DNA of 64,000 nucleotides from Chiloscyllium plagiosum (lineage: Eukaryota), in assembly GCF_004010195.1 (NCBI RefSeq), contig NC_057744.1:10853733-10917732 (forward strand). The letters run 5' to 3'. The translations under genes and the position numbers were made by a program. The notes beneath the pieces are model-generated. The model ran no database searches and was not told the DNA's origin. It worked only from the letters and a program-made list of their open reading frames with translations. Each line of letters starts with the position of its first letter. Position 1 is the first letter of the stretch. Of this stretch, positions 11,583 to 23,499 are shown one piece after another.

Positions 11583-13000
11583 ACAGTAAAGTAATTTTCC
11601 CCTCTGTAATGAAAATACATGACTACCTGGCTTCTGGGTTCCTGACACATCTAAGTGAGGTACTGTCAGTGGTCAAGAGATAATAGCTAACTCATTGACA
11701 GAAGGAATTGATATCAAACTTGCCTGACTGGTAATTCATTTGGTTCTAGCTACTACCAGGTATGGTAGGCATTGTGATCACTACATCCCAATTTCTTTCC
11801 TCTTGGATAACCTTAGAGTTATTTTCAGCAAGTCTGGAATCTGTCTAATTTTGCAAGGAACACATTTTTTTAGAAGGAATACACCCCAAGGCAAGGTTTT
11901 GCAATAACCTTGGCTGATATTTTTCTCACTAGAATATTTAATTTTACTCTATTAGCTGTTCTATGTTAATAATTGTAGTGAATCAGATGATGCACCAATT
12001 TATATTTGCAATGTTGCATGGTACCATTATCATTAAAACTAAATTAGATAGTTACGTGAATGAAGATTGAAAGACTTTGGAGAAAGAATGAGACAGTTAC
12101 AGGTGGAAAAAATGCTAATATGTATTGTTTCAATGCCATATAAGTCGCTGACTCATTAACATAATTAAACTACACTTCAGTTGTCTTTGAAAGTCACAAA
12201 ATTCAACTGCTATATATAAACAGTCTGAGATCAAGAGTTTAATTGGTATTTTGTAAAAGGAGCTTGCAGGTTGGAATGTGTTTGTAAATTTTCAGCTCCA
12301 GTTCTGAAAAAATAGCATGAGGTGACTGACAGTTGATCTATTTATGTACATTTATCACATTGGGGACAATTTAAAATTAGCTCACCAGATGGGAAGCACA
12401 CAAGATCATGGTGAATATTGATCCTACATCTGCCCAATAATGCTCATTGACGTCAATGAAAAGTAAAATCAGATACGGTGCAATATTTTGCATCCATGCC
12501 TGTTCTTTTCCTGAATTAGTGGGATAGCTTAAAATTGTGCATAAATGTGCTGACTGAAGTTTGATGATGCTCTCAAAGTTTTTGAATTTAGTAGAACAAC
12601 ATTTTACATTTTCTTCCATCTAGTTGTTTTGACTCCTTTTCCACAGTGAAACAGGAGAAAGGCATAACATTGTCAAATCTGGTTATACGCTCCTAACGCA
12701 CATCTTCCTTTCCTACATCATGTTATATTGCAGCACAGTCTCATCAATAAAGCATCTTTGAAAAATTCCAATGCTTATCCATAATATTTTTTATTACAAG
12801 TATGAGTGTTTCTGTGAATCTTAAATTGTGAATATTTCTCCCTGTTCAATTAAAGGACAGTTCTCTTCCACAATTAAGGTCACACAGCAGAGCTGACAGT
12901 CAATCTTTCTTGATTCTCTTCCATGCCTGGAGGTGTATGAGATAGACAAAGTGCACACTGCAGTTCCTGTAGCTTATTTCTTCCTGGACCATGCCACTAG

Positions 13001-13115
13001 ACTGATGTCAGAGACTATCGTTTGGGGATTGGTCACACTGTGTCACACATTGCTGACCAGGCTGTTACTGCTTACCCATGGGGATATTGGAATGACTTGG
13101 AGGTTTGAGATTGCA
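13001..13115 (+). pseudogene. Candidate exon of the cryptic gene, with in-frame TGA at 13106-13108
   Basis: cactag| TDVRDYRLGIGHTVSHIADQAVTAYPWGYWNDLEV*DC+a |gtgagt; strong RNY codon bias in this frame; phase 0-1. Confidence 0.55.
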
Positions 13116-13335
13116 GTGAGTGCACCTTCTTTGGCCATCAAGTGCTGGGGTGGGACTCAAACTAGAGTTTCTGGCTCTGAGGGACAGAGGCTACCTACTG
13201 CACCATGAAGCCCTGATAGCTAATGGAAAGTGTCAAAAAACATTACATTTAGACCTGACTAGTTTCAGCTTTTCTGATCTGTTGGTGATTTGTTTCCTTG
13301 ACTTACATTTCTACCTCCTTTGATTTTGTTTCTAG

Positions 13336-13439
13336 GTGAGAGCAATTACTCCCATGTCCCTGACTATTATAGCCTGGAACAAAAGATGTATGAGATCAGT
13401 TTGGGATATTTTATAAATGATAATCACTTCCTCCCCCAT
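13336..13439 (+). pseudogene. Candidate exon of the cryptic gene
   Basis: tgattttgtttctag| (S)ESNYSHVPDYYSLEQKMYEISLGYFINDNHFLPH |gtaaag; phase 1-0. Confidence 0.55.
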
Positions 13440-14379
13440 GTAAAGATTTTCAGTTGTCACTCAATGCCCCACTCTACTCAGTGTGCTAGATAAGATCTGA
13501 AGTTATCAACCTAATCCCCATATACTGCCACATCATCGTCTTCCAATCTTGGCAGTCTAACATACTACATTGTTTGCAAAAAAGCAAATACTGAAATATC
13601 AACAGATAATGCTGGAAATGCTCAGTAAATATGGCTGCATTGTAGAGAGGGCAGAGAAGCGGCTTCTCACATGGACCCTCAATATTGTGTCATGTGAAAT
13701 TCACAATACAATTAAGATACTCATTTAAAGTGTGCACAAAACCAAAAACCACAACATACTGAAAAAAAATTCTCTGTCATGTGCAAAGTGCCTGCAGCTG
13801 TTACAGACATACTTTTGGACTCTAGCTGATTATTAAAAAGTTTCATCCAATCGGCTTAAATGAGCAGCAGAAGCACCACTGTCAACTAAAGCATCCAGGC
13901 CAAGATACCAAAAGCTCGATACATCAAATGATATATAAAACTTCTGGGTGAAGTGAGAATACTCAAAGTGTAAAAGCTGACAGTTTAAAGCATTTAATTT
14001 CAAAGACAATTTCATTGGGACTTACTAAAATAAATCAAAACCATGATATTGACTTAATGACTTACACAGGTAGTTAAGAGGAATGCACTCAGCCTGGTTC
14101 AACCCATTGTTTCCTATGCTCCAGAAACCTGCACCTCGATTCCCAAAATAAAGAGATGCTGAAAGTCAGGCCCTAGAATTAGTTGATGCTATGCTTTTTT
14201 GAGGCAGAGGATGAGCATAAAAGCCTCCAATAGAGTGGCAGTGTGTATGTCATAGCCCAAGCCAGAATTGTGTTGCCTCACCATTTGGGTAAACATTGTA
14301 GTGCAGATATCCAGGCCCATGCGAAAACCAGCTGCTAGCCCCTTTGTATAAGTAAATATAGGAGGAGGTTTTGTGTTTT

Positions 14380-15368
14380 TTTTATTCATTTGTGGGACTT
14401 GGGGGTCACTGGCTGGCCAGCATTGATAGTCCATCCCTATTTGAGGAGGTGGTGGTGAGCTACCTTCTTGAACTGCTGCAGTCTACTTGATATGGGTTGA
14501 CCCACAATGCCAGTAAAGAGGGAGTTTCAGAATTTTGACCCAACAATTGTGAAGGTACGGTGGTATATTTCCAAGTCAGGTTGGTGAGTGGCTTGGAGGG
14601 GAACTTGCAGGTGGTGGTGTTCCCAAGTATCTGTTGCCCTTGTCCATGCAGATGGAAGTGGTTGTGGAAGGTGGTGTCTAAGGATCTTTGGTGAATTTCT
14701 GCAACTTATCTTGTAGATAATACACACTGTTGCTGTTGCGCACCGGTGATGGAGACATTGAATGTTTGTAGATGTGTTGCCAATCAAGTGGGTTGCTTTG
14801 TCCTGGATGGTATCAAGCTTCTTGAGTGTTGTTGGAGCTGCATCCATCCAGGCAAGTGGGGAGTATTCCATCACACTCCTGACGTGCCTTGTAGATGGTA
14901 GATAGACTTTGGGGTGTCAGGAGTTGAGTTACTCGCCACAGTATCCCTAATCTCTGACCTGTTCTTGTAGCCACTGTGTTTATGTGGTGAGTCCAGCTGA
15001 GTTTCTGGTCAATGGTAACCCCAAGGATGTTTACAATGGGGGATTCAGTGAAAGCAATACCATTGAATGTCAAGAGGCAGTAATTCTTGGTGATGGTCAT
15101 TGTCTGGCATTTGTGTGGTGTGAATGTCACTGGCCACTTGTCGGCCCAAGCCTGGATATTGTCCAGATCTTGTTGCATTTGAGCACGGACTGCTTCAGTA
15201 TCTGAGGAGTCGCGAATGGTGCTGAACATTGTGCAATTATCGGTGAACATCCGCACTTTTGACCTTATGATAGAGGGAAGATCATTGATGAAGCAGCTGA
15301 AGATTGTTGGGCCTAGGACACTACCCCGAGGGATTCCTGCAGAGATGTCCTGGAGCTGAGATGACTGA
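14380..15368 (-). mobile_element. Non-LTR retrotransposon (CR1-type), RT and 3' end
   Basis: GIPRGSVLGPTIFSCFINDL...FTDN, EYSPLAW; same family at 23500-23985, 32415-32740 and 55305-56460. Confidence 0.9.
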
Positions 15369-15519
15369 CCCATTTGTTTGAGGCATCCTTCCAAAACTGG
15401 GCTTCTCTGAAACCAGTTGGTATGCATACAAGTCTGTTGTGACCAAGAAAAATCAGTTCCGCATGCAGCCCAATTAAAAATTACCTTCAATATGGTAGAT
15501 AACATCATCGAGTTTTTGC

Positions 15520-16285
15520 AGCATGGAAAGAGGCCGTTCAGTCCATTGTGTCCATGCTAGTAATCAAACATCCATCCATTCAAATCCCATTTTCTAGAAC
15601 TTGGGCCCATTGTGTTGTACACTATGGCATTTCAGATGTTCATATAAATAGTTCTTTAAATGACTTGAGTGTTCATGTCTCTATCACCCTTTTATGCAGT
15701 GAGTTCCAGATTCCCATCACCCTCTGGGTGAAAAGGAAGTTCCTCAAATCCCCTCTAATCCTCCTACTCTTTACCTTGGAACTGTGGCTCCTGGTTAGTG
15801 ACCTCTCTATTAAGGAGAAAGGTTTCCACTTATTTGTCCTGCCTCTGCCCCTCAAAACATTGTCCACCTTAATCAGATATCCCGTCAGCCTTCTCTGCTC
15901 TAAGGAAAATAACCCCAGCCTATGTAGTCCCTTTTCATAGCTGAATCGCTCTAGTCAAAGCTGCATCCTGGTAAATCTTTTCTATTCAATCTTTAGTGCA
16001 ATCACATCCTATATACTGCACAGTAATCAGAAGTGCACACAGTACTCCAGATGTGGTCTAACATCATATATAGCTTCATCATAACCTCCTTGCTCTTGTA
16101 TCCAATGCCTTGACTAATCAAGCCAAGTGGCCTATATGTCTTCTTAACCACCTTACCTACCTGTCCTGCTGCCTTCAAGGATCTATGACATCACCCCAAT
16201 GTCCTTCTGTACTTCCTAATGTCCTACATGCAACATATTGTCTCTTGCCTTGCTTGTCCTTCCAAAATGCATCACCTCATTCTTC
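15520..16285 (-). mobile_element. CR1/HER1-type LINE 3' fragment
   Basis: TRSHS.K...RNFLFTQRVMGIWNSL motif. Confidence 0.85.
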
Positions 16286-16408
16286 TCAGGATTAAATTCC
16301 ATTTAAATATTGAAATATAGAGACAGTGTGTATTCTCTGCTGTCACATTATATTGAAGACCATTTTTAGCACCTGTTTGGCTCCTCCAAGTCCCCTCCCC
16401 TCTCACAG

Positions 16409-16510
16409 AATACTTCTTCCATCTTCCCTGGACCTGCCCGACCCAACTTCATCCTCGTGCAATTGGCACCTACTTCTTACTGGAATTATGCTGCTGAGGC
16501 CCAATTTCGG
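16409..16510 (+). pseudogene. Candidate exon of the cryptic gene (frame stays open to TAG at 16603 if unspliced)
   Basis: tcccctcccctctcacag| NTSSIFPGPARPNFILVQLAPTSYWNYAAEAQFR |gtgagc; 102 nt, phase 0-0. Confidence 0.55.
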
Positions 16511-17544
16511 GTGAGCCTTGAGCCTCTGGGAGGTGACATTCTGTCTGAGCAGAACGTTAATATTGAAAACAGACGGAAACAACTCCCACCCAGAAGCGCC
16601 TAGTGGACACCTGCATATGTAATGAGGGAAAACCACTACTGAGTTACTCTGGAACTCTAGAACATGCTTTTCAATAGCTGGTCACAAAATACTATTACTT
16701 AAAACAGAATTGGCTGCATTGCCAATTTAAAGCAGGGGAATAATATATGGTGCTTGGAGATTTAAAGAAAGCAGAAAATAATTAATACGGTCAAGATGGT
16801 CAGTTTGTTCATATAGGTTGCCACTGGAAATGTATTATTGCTCCCTACTTGCACCAAGTCCTGCTCCCATCATCCCTGTACTTATTGGCTGACATTGGCT
16901 CTCAGTTAAGCAACAACCCAATTTTTAAATTCTCATCCTTGCTTTTAAATACCTCCATGGTTTTGCCCTTATATGTGTATAATGTTCAGCTTTAAAACCA
17001 TACAAAATATCAATGCTTTTGTGCATTACTGATTTTAATTGCTTCATAATTAGTGTCTGTACGTCCAGATACAAAGCGCCAAATTCTGTGACTCGCTTTC
17101 CAAACCTCTTCATCACTCTGCATCCTTCTGCAAGATGCTCCTTAAAACTTACCTCTTTGATCAAGATTTGCTCAGCTAGCCTTGATTCACTTATTTGTCA
17201 AAACTTTGTTTGATCACCTTTGTACAGTACTTTAAGATATTTCACTGTGTTGTTTTTGTTGGAAACAAACATGGCATTCCAATAGAATAATAAAATTCAA
17301 AATTGGAATTGGAATCTCTTATGTCAACATCAGACTCAGAAGGCAGCAGGATGGTGAAAGAAAAATCCTTGGGTTTCTCCAGTATGTCTCTGATTAACTG
17401 ATTCCAAGTGATACTGACCACAGGTTTGGAAGGAGGCTGCTAAACTACCCTCTCAGCTGTGGCTCATGGAAGAAAGATGGAAGTGCACGTATTAACATTA
17501 GAAATAAAAGACCAGAAGGTTAAAATTGACGTTCTCTGTATCAG

Positions 17545-17578
17545 ACAACTGCAACATTAATGACCAGCTTCATTAACT
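17545..17578 (+). pseudogene. Candidate small exon of the cryptic gene
   Basis: gttctctgtatcag| TTATLMTSFIN+t |gtaagt; 34 nt, phase 0-1. Confidence 0.4.
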
Positions 17579-17677
17579 GTAAGTCAAGTATCGAGGTATT
17601 ATTCTGGATTGGCACAGCAAACATTCCATGTCATCAAGTTTCAATCACAGTACACAGCAGGGTAGGAATATAATATG

Positions 17678-18113
17678 CGGTAAAAACAATAACTGCAGAT
17701 GCTGGAAACCAGATTCTGGATCAGTGGTGCTGGAAGAGCACAGCAATTCAGGCAGCATCCAACGAGCAGCAAAATCGACGTTTCGGGCAAAAGCCCTTCA
17801 TCAGGAATAAAGGCAGAGAGCCTGAAGCGTGGAGAGATAAGCTAGGGGAGGGTGGGGGTGGGGAGAGAGTAGCATAGAGACCTGGGAGTTGCAGTGGGAG
17901 AGGGACTCCCTGAGATTCTTGTAGAGAGAGGAGGAAAACTTCTTCAAGGCAGGCATCCTTGCAAGAGGATTCTCAGTAGGGTTAAAATCAACAAGGTAAA
18001 AACAATAACTGCAGATGCTGGAAACCAGATTCTGGATTAGTGGTGCTGGAAGAGCACAGCAATTCAGGCAGCATCCAATGTGCAGCGAAATTGACGTTTC
18101 GGGCAAAAGCCCT
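17678..18113 (-). mobile_element. Penelope-type element with directly repeated termini
   Basis: ggtaaaaacaataactgcagatgctggaaaccagattctgg at ~17678 and ~17995; minus-strand hammerhead core at 17777-17804. Confidence 0.75.
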
Positions 18114-18488
18114 AAGCCAAGTCTTCTCCTCCATATGCATTATTTTCCTCATCACTCTTGACCTAATTTCTAAGCTTGCTTGTTCATTTCTATAGCACAT
18201 GAATCTGTTATTGGTCCACTGAGAATAATAGCAAGTATCAATTTTTATTTGCAAGTTCAATACAACAATTTCAGGCAGGTTGGATGATGGACGCAACATC
18301 CAAGAGTTGTTGTCTGAGGAGACCTGGCTCCATAACATCTAAATGGACCATCTGTGCCTGAATCTGTGCTCAGTGCAGTCATGAATTTAGCAACTCATGC
18401 AGTTGAGCTCAGTTTCAATAATACCATGCAGACACAAATAGATGGTATTGCCATATCGTTGCCTTTCAGCCCAGCTCTCCATAATGTT

Positions 18489-18748
18489 GGGTGGCACGGT
18501 GGCACAGTGGTTAGCACTGCTGCCTCACAGCACCAGAGACCTGGGTTCAACCTCAGGCAACTGTCTGTGTGGAGTTTGCACATTCTCCCCGTGTCTGAGT
18601 GGGTTTGCTCTGGTTTCCTCCCACAGTCCAAAGATGTGCAGGTTAGGTGAATCGGCCATGCTAAATTGCCTGCAGTGTTAGGTGAAGGAAGGGTTGGTGT
18701 GGACTTGTTGGACCAAAGGGCCTGTTTCCACACTATAAATAATCTAAA
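18489..18748 (+). mobile_element. HE1-type tRNA-derived SINE
   Basis: ggcacggtggcacagtggttagcactgctgcctcacagc head and CR1-like tail. Confidence 0.9.
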
Positions 18749-19310
18749 TATCTTTGTTACTTACCATCAGAAGTGTATCATCAATGGAAAGACCTCTAAC
18801 CTCTAACCCTCTGCATGTATCTGGTATGTGGATGATACATTTGCAATATTTCAATTCACGGCTACGTCAAAGAATTTCTTTACATAGCTTCTTTTAATCC
18901 ACTCATGGGACGTGGACATTGCTGGCTCGTCAGCATTTATTACCAATCCCTTATTTGAGGTTCACATTTTGACCTATGCTTGACCTAATCAGATTCTTTT
19001 TTCACTCTCAAGTCTTTGAAAGCTGAAAATTTTGTAGTAAGTCCTTAAAGGGAATTAATTAAACATTGAGATTTCCCTAAGCTTTTGTAAAAGAGAGAGA
19101 TGGGTTCCTGACTAGTAAAGGGACCAAAGGTTATGGGCAGAAGGCAGGAGAATGGGGTTGAGAGACATATAGTCATGATTGAGTGATGCAGCAAACCTGA
19201 TGGGCCGAAAGGCCTAAATCTGCTCCTATATCTTATGGTCTTATAGTCTTATGGTCAATATACACTTTGGGATTCATTCAGTTCCATGCTACAAGATCAA
19301 TCTTCTTGGC

Positions 19311-19467
19311 TAAAAATCACACAACACCAGGTTATAGTCCAACAGGTTTAATTGGAAACACACTAGCTTTTGGAGCACTGCTCCGAAAGCTAGGGTGCTT
19401 CCAATTAAATCTGTTGGACTATAACCTGGTGTTGTGTGATTTTTAACTTTGTACATCTCCAAATCAG
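19311..19467. mobile_element. Fold-back Penelope-type insertion with 11-bp TSD
   Basis: Inverted arms; atcttcttggc at 19300-19310 and 19468-19478. Confidence 0.8.
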
Positions 19468-20231
19468 ATCTTCTTGGCAACCTTGTGAATGGGGCCTAGT
19501 CACATGGTCACTGTGTAAATCTGATGCAGAGATTGAGCATATCAAAACTCTTCTGTATGATAATGGATACCCTGATAAAATCATCATTCATTGTCATATG
19601 GTTATGGAATCATGCCATCCAATCTACCTCAGATTACACTGAAAGGGAAAGATGTCTGATAAAATCTGAACACTAGGTGAACCTGGCTGTCTCACACTGC
19701 TACTAGGCAGGAAATCCACAAGTTATGTTCTCCACTAACAGCATGCTGCTGTAAAATGAAAAAGACATTTTGCCTACCAGACAAAAATTAAAATAAGTTT
19801 CAGTGCCAGTGTGATGCCAGGTATGTAGGCCATTAGTCCTGGAAACTGGTGATCATATGAAATAACTTGCTCCCTTAACCATTCGTAGTGGGCACCGTGT
19901 TGCTTGTGTTCAACCAGCCAGTGCTGGCAAGTCTCAGAAAAGTATATCCATCATTGGATGTGATTTGCAATTGGAAATCATTTATTCAATAACTCAGATT
20001 GTCCTAAGAGTTATAATGGAAACCAGTTTAAGATTATCAGCCATTTTGATATATTTATGATGCTCGAAGCTGGCTATATAAATGCTCAGGACCCTGTTTC
20101 ATGTAGTCAAGAAGAGTTTGTACATATGTTACAGTCTTTATGAAAAAGAAATGAATGCAGACGGCTGAATGCTGCTGCATCCCCTAACCAAGCAGCAATT
20201 ACCTGCCTGGCCTGAGAATTAAGATTGACAG

Positions 20232-20439
20232 TCAAAAAGTGTGGTGCTAGAAAAGCACAGCAGGTCAGAGAGCCTCCGAGGAGCAGGAGAGTCAACATTT
20301 TGGACATAAGCCATTCATCAGGAATGTGCATCCATTTGTGGACTCTCCTGCTTCTCTGATGCTGCCTGACCTGCTGTGCTTTCCAAGCGCCACACTTTCC
20401 GATCCTGATCTCCAGCATCTGCCGTCCTCACTTGCCCCT
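20232..20439. mobile_element. Fold-back Penelope-type insertion with 15-bp TSD
   Basis: aattaagattgacag at 20217-20231 and 20440-20454. Confidence 0.85.
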
Positions 20440-21941
20440 AATTAAGATTGACAGGTAATGTTTCCTGCTGTACCTCCATGACAATTGTGGGGCAAGCAAT
20501 CAGCACCCTGTACTCATTCTGCATCGAGTGGTGTTACTTTCTGATGCTTCTTGATGAGCGTAAACTTCAACTGCTAGTCTCCTTTGAAGTTCTGTGCTAT
20601 CAAACATTTGTTTTAATTTTGTTGTAGATTTTAAAAATGTTTAATCTATTTGTCTTCCCTTTTGTTTCTTTGCCTCTTAAGCTAAAAAATGTTTTCCTCT
20701 ATTTATTGCTTTCTCTGACCCTGATTTCACATTGAATTCACAAACTTTAACTTACATTTCCATGTCAATTCGAGCGTTATCAAGTTCAGAATCCTTCAAA
20801 TTCATTGGTTAAGGAGACAGATATTTGGTTACTCTGTTCACTCAGGACCCAGATGACTGGTGTCATTTACTGCCAGGTTATTAGCTCACACCTTCAGTTG
20901 CCAAGCAAACTATTTTATTCGTCTAAACATGGAAGGGTGAGTCTGACTAATGGCAGACGCCCTTACACACCCTGGTGAATTCTGCCCCATTACAACTTCT
21001 CCAATAATAGCATTTACTCAAGACCTCCATCAGGTGATTTGGTTAAAACTAGTTGTCATGCTTAGACTGTCCCAAAAAGATTGCTTACAACACTGCTGAC
21101 AATCAACACAAGTTACCCACATGTGGGGTTGCTTTTCTGATCATTTTGAAATCAGAAACAGTGAAATTAAACTTCAGCATTCTTTACACTCAGCTGCTTT
21201 ATACTCCATGTTACAGCTGATATTATTGGTACAATATTTTAACTATAGCATCATGTTCCAAGTTTATCTTTGGCCCCATGAATCAATTCATAAAATTTAA
21301 AGTTCAAACGAGACTTTGTTTTTAGATCTTTAAACTGTACAGAAGCCAAATTTGAACTTCAGAAGCTCTTGTATAATCAAAACATTTAAAGATGCGACTA
21401 TTAAGTCACAAACATCTAAACTTGATGGAGTGACTAACTGTGGAAGTTATTTCCTTCACAATGCAGACATATCCCAGATGACATTATCAAATAGCAACAT
21501 TAAATAACATTACCACATCAGTGGTTTAACAGGCACTCAAACCTCACTTTGTTTTTGAATGGTATAAGGTGGCTTCCGAAGGCTGGTTAAGGACTATTGC
21601 TCATTGGCAAAGTACTAATCAGATTTTGTTGAGAAGTGTTAATGGAACACTTCCCTATTATGAGGACTAAAAATCAGCATCCAGTACATTCATGTTAAGT
21701 TTAATCTAAGTAGATGCAGAACAAAAGCTTTCTTTTCTAACAAAACATCTCAATGCAAGTTGAAAGTACCCTGCATTACACACTATCCATTTGCTACACC
21801 AGCCACAATACCGTCGATGTGAGCAGATTTTCAATTTAGTGCTACTTAATACTAAATTAAACCAGTTTTCTTACTGTTGAATAGATATTAATCCCATCCC
21901 AAAAGAGAAATAGCCCTGTGTTTTCTTTTTTCCTCCTGAAG

Positions 21942-22084
21942 ATGTTGACTGTTTTGCCGATGGGGCTGATTGCAATGGACAAGTGTCAGCTCAGTTAAGA
22001 CATACAAATTCATCAGACATGGATGATGGAAGCACGGATCTTTCCATTGATTGTTTAGACTCCTCACGCTCTTATACTTCATAA
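21942..22084 (+). pseudogene. Candidate terminal exon of the cryptic gene
   Basis: tgttttctttttttcctcctgaag| (Y)VDCFADGADCNGQVSAQLRHTNSSDMDDGSTDLSIDCLDSSRSYTS*; AATAAA at 22291-22296. Confidence 0.45.
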
Positions 22085-23214
22085 CCTCCAAGTAGACTCC
22101 ATGTATCTGTGTAAGGTATAATACCTGGAGTGCAGCAACAGTCCAGATCCATGAATGCTGACTTCCAAAATGCAGAGCCTTTGGAATTTGGAATGCTGAG
22201 AGTTAAAAGTATTGTTTCTATAGCAAACCTAGTGATAAATCAAGATAAAGGGCCAACACCTTTACTTGCAGAACACCACCAGAATGAGACAATAAATGAG
22301 AGGATAAAATAATTAAAGCAACAATTAACTAACAACAAACCTGGATTTAAAAATTTGTGATTGTAGATTGTGGATGGAAACCTGAAGGTAGAAGAGGAGA
22401 TGTTTCTTAGATGACTGATTTTTTTATAAACAGTAAAGCATTGTTTAAGTGGAAAAGAAGAAAACAATCCTCCTGTATTTAGCATTAACAATGGAGTAGA
22501 TATAAAAGCTACACTTTCTTATTTTTGTCTTCAACTTTACCTGCTCTGGTGAAATGCAACTTAATGGTTTAGAATGAAACACCCATTTAGACAGGGATAT
22601 GCCGTCAGCATGGAAAATTCAAGAGATCACACTATCATTAAATGAGGAATTTGAATCAATTTTATCTTTTCTTCATTGACTCAAATTGATTTACTTGCAT
22701 TGTATATGAATGACCAATTTTGCTGTTTTAACACTGCTGGGATGCATATACTGATGGAGTCAAGTTACAAGCTTATACTACAGTTTGGCCACATAAAATA
22801 ATAGTCAGATGGATAGTTATTGCCAGAGCTACATGGAATCCTTCATGTATTTAAAACATGGGGTGTGGAGACTGCAACAGTCTTCTGGAAGGTGTCACTG
22901 CCAGGCTCACTGTATAATTGTGTTGATTGCTATTCAAATAGCAAAACACTCCTTTTTCTTTACAGGGTACTTATCAATTGAAAAAGATATCAAGGACTTA
23001 AATTGAAAAATAAGTTTGTAAATGAAAAGGAGATTAAGTAAGCAAACAAGGATAGGCAACATAAAAAGGAAGCATTGAACTTGAGAAATCTTGGAATTTC
23101 ACAGAAAACAAATTCATCAGAGCGCTATCAGAGAATGAGTTCAAACTAAAGGCTCCTCAACTGCATTCCCTATTCATGACCCCTGTTAAAAATGTGCAAC
23201 TCATTTATTTCTAA

Positions 23215-23435
23215 TAAACCAAAGAACTGTGGATGCTGTAGATCAGAAATAGAAATAGAAATTGCTGGAGAAACTCAGCAGGTCTTGCAACATCTCTGGA
23301 GAGAAAGCAGAATTAATGTTTTGCATCCAGTTACCCTTCTTCAGAACTGAAATTGAAACATTAACTCTGCTTTCTCTGCAAAGATACTGCCAGACCTGCT
23401 CACTTTCTTGAAGTAATTTTTATTTTTGTTTCCTT
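23215..23435. mobile_element. Fold-back Penelope-type terminus
   Basis: Inverted arms ctcagcaggtct...agacctgct. Confidence 0.7.
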
Positions 23436-23499
23436 ACTTTTTAATCTAAGATGGGACAAGTGCTAGTATTTTATTGCATCTCTTGCCTTTTTAAAGTTA

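Larger units (their letters stand above)
18120..20130 (+). mobile_element. Old Penelope-like element (RT and GIY-YIG remnants), split by later insertions
   Basis: WYVDDTF RT motif at ~18822; EIEHIKTLLYDNGYP at ~19530; FQCQCDARYVG at ~19798. Confidence 0.7.

Noticed and set aside
12640-13045. Resemblance of KGITLSNL-TDVRDYRLGIGHT to T4/GH24 lysozyme (DTEGYYTIGIGH)
   Set aside because: Needs a weak donor, lacks the catalytic Glu and Thr, and nothing downstream fits; likely chance.
12933-13208. 91-aa hydrophobic ORF from the ORF track (LMSETIVWGLVTLCHTLL...)
   Set aside because: Its L/T/M/W-rich composition is typical of an off-frame reading. The overlapping TDVRDY frame has much stronger codon bias, and the 3' part runs into a SINE-like remnant. 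Not fully excluded.
18489-18560. tRNA-like sequence with A/B boxes
   Set aside because: It is the head of the HE1 SINE, repeated at least seven times in the window; not a tRNA gene.
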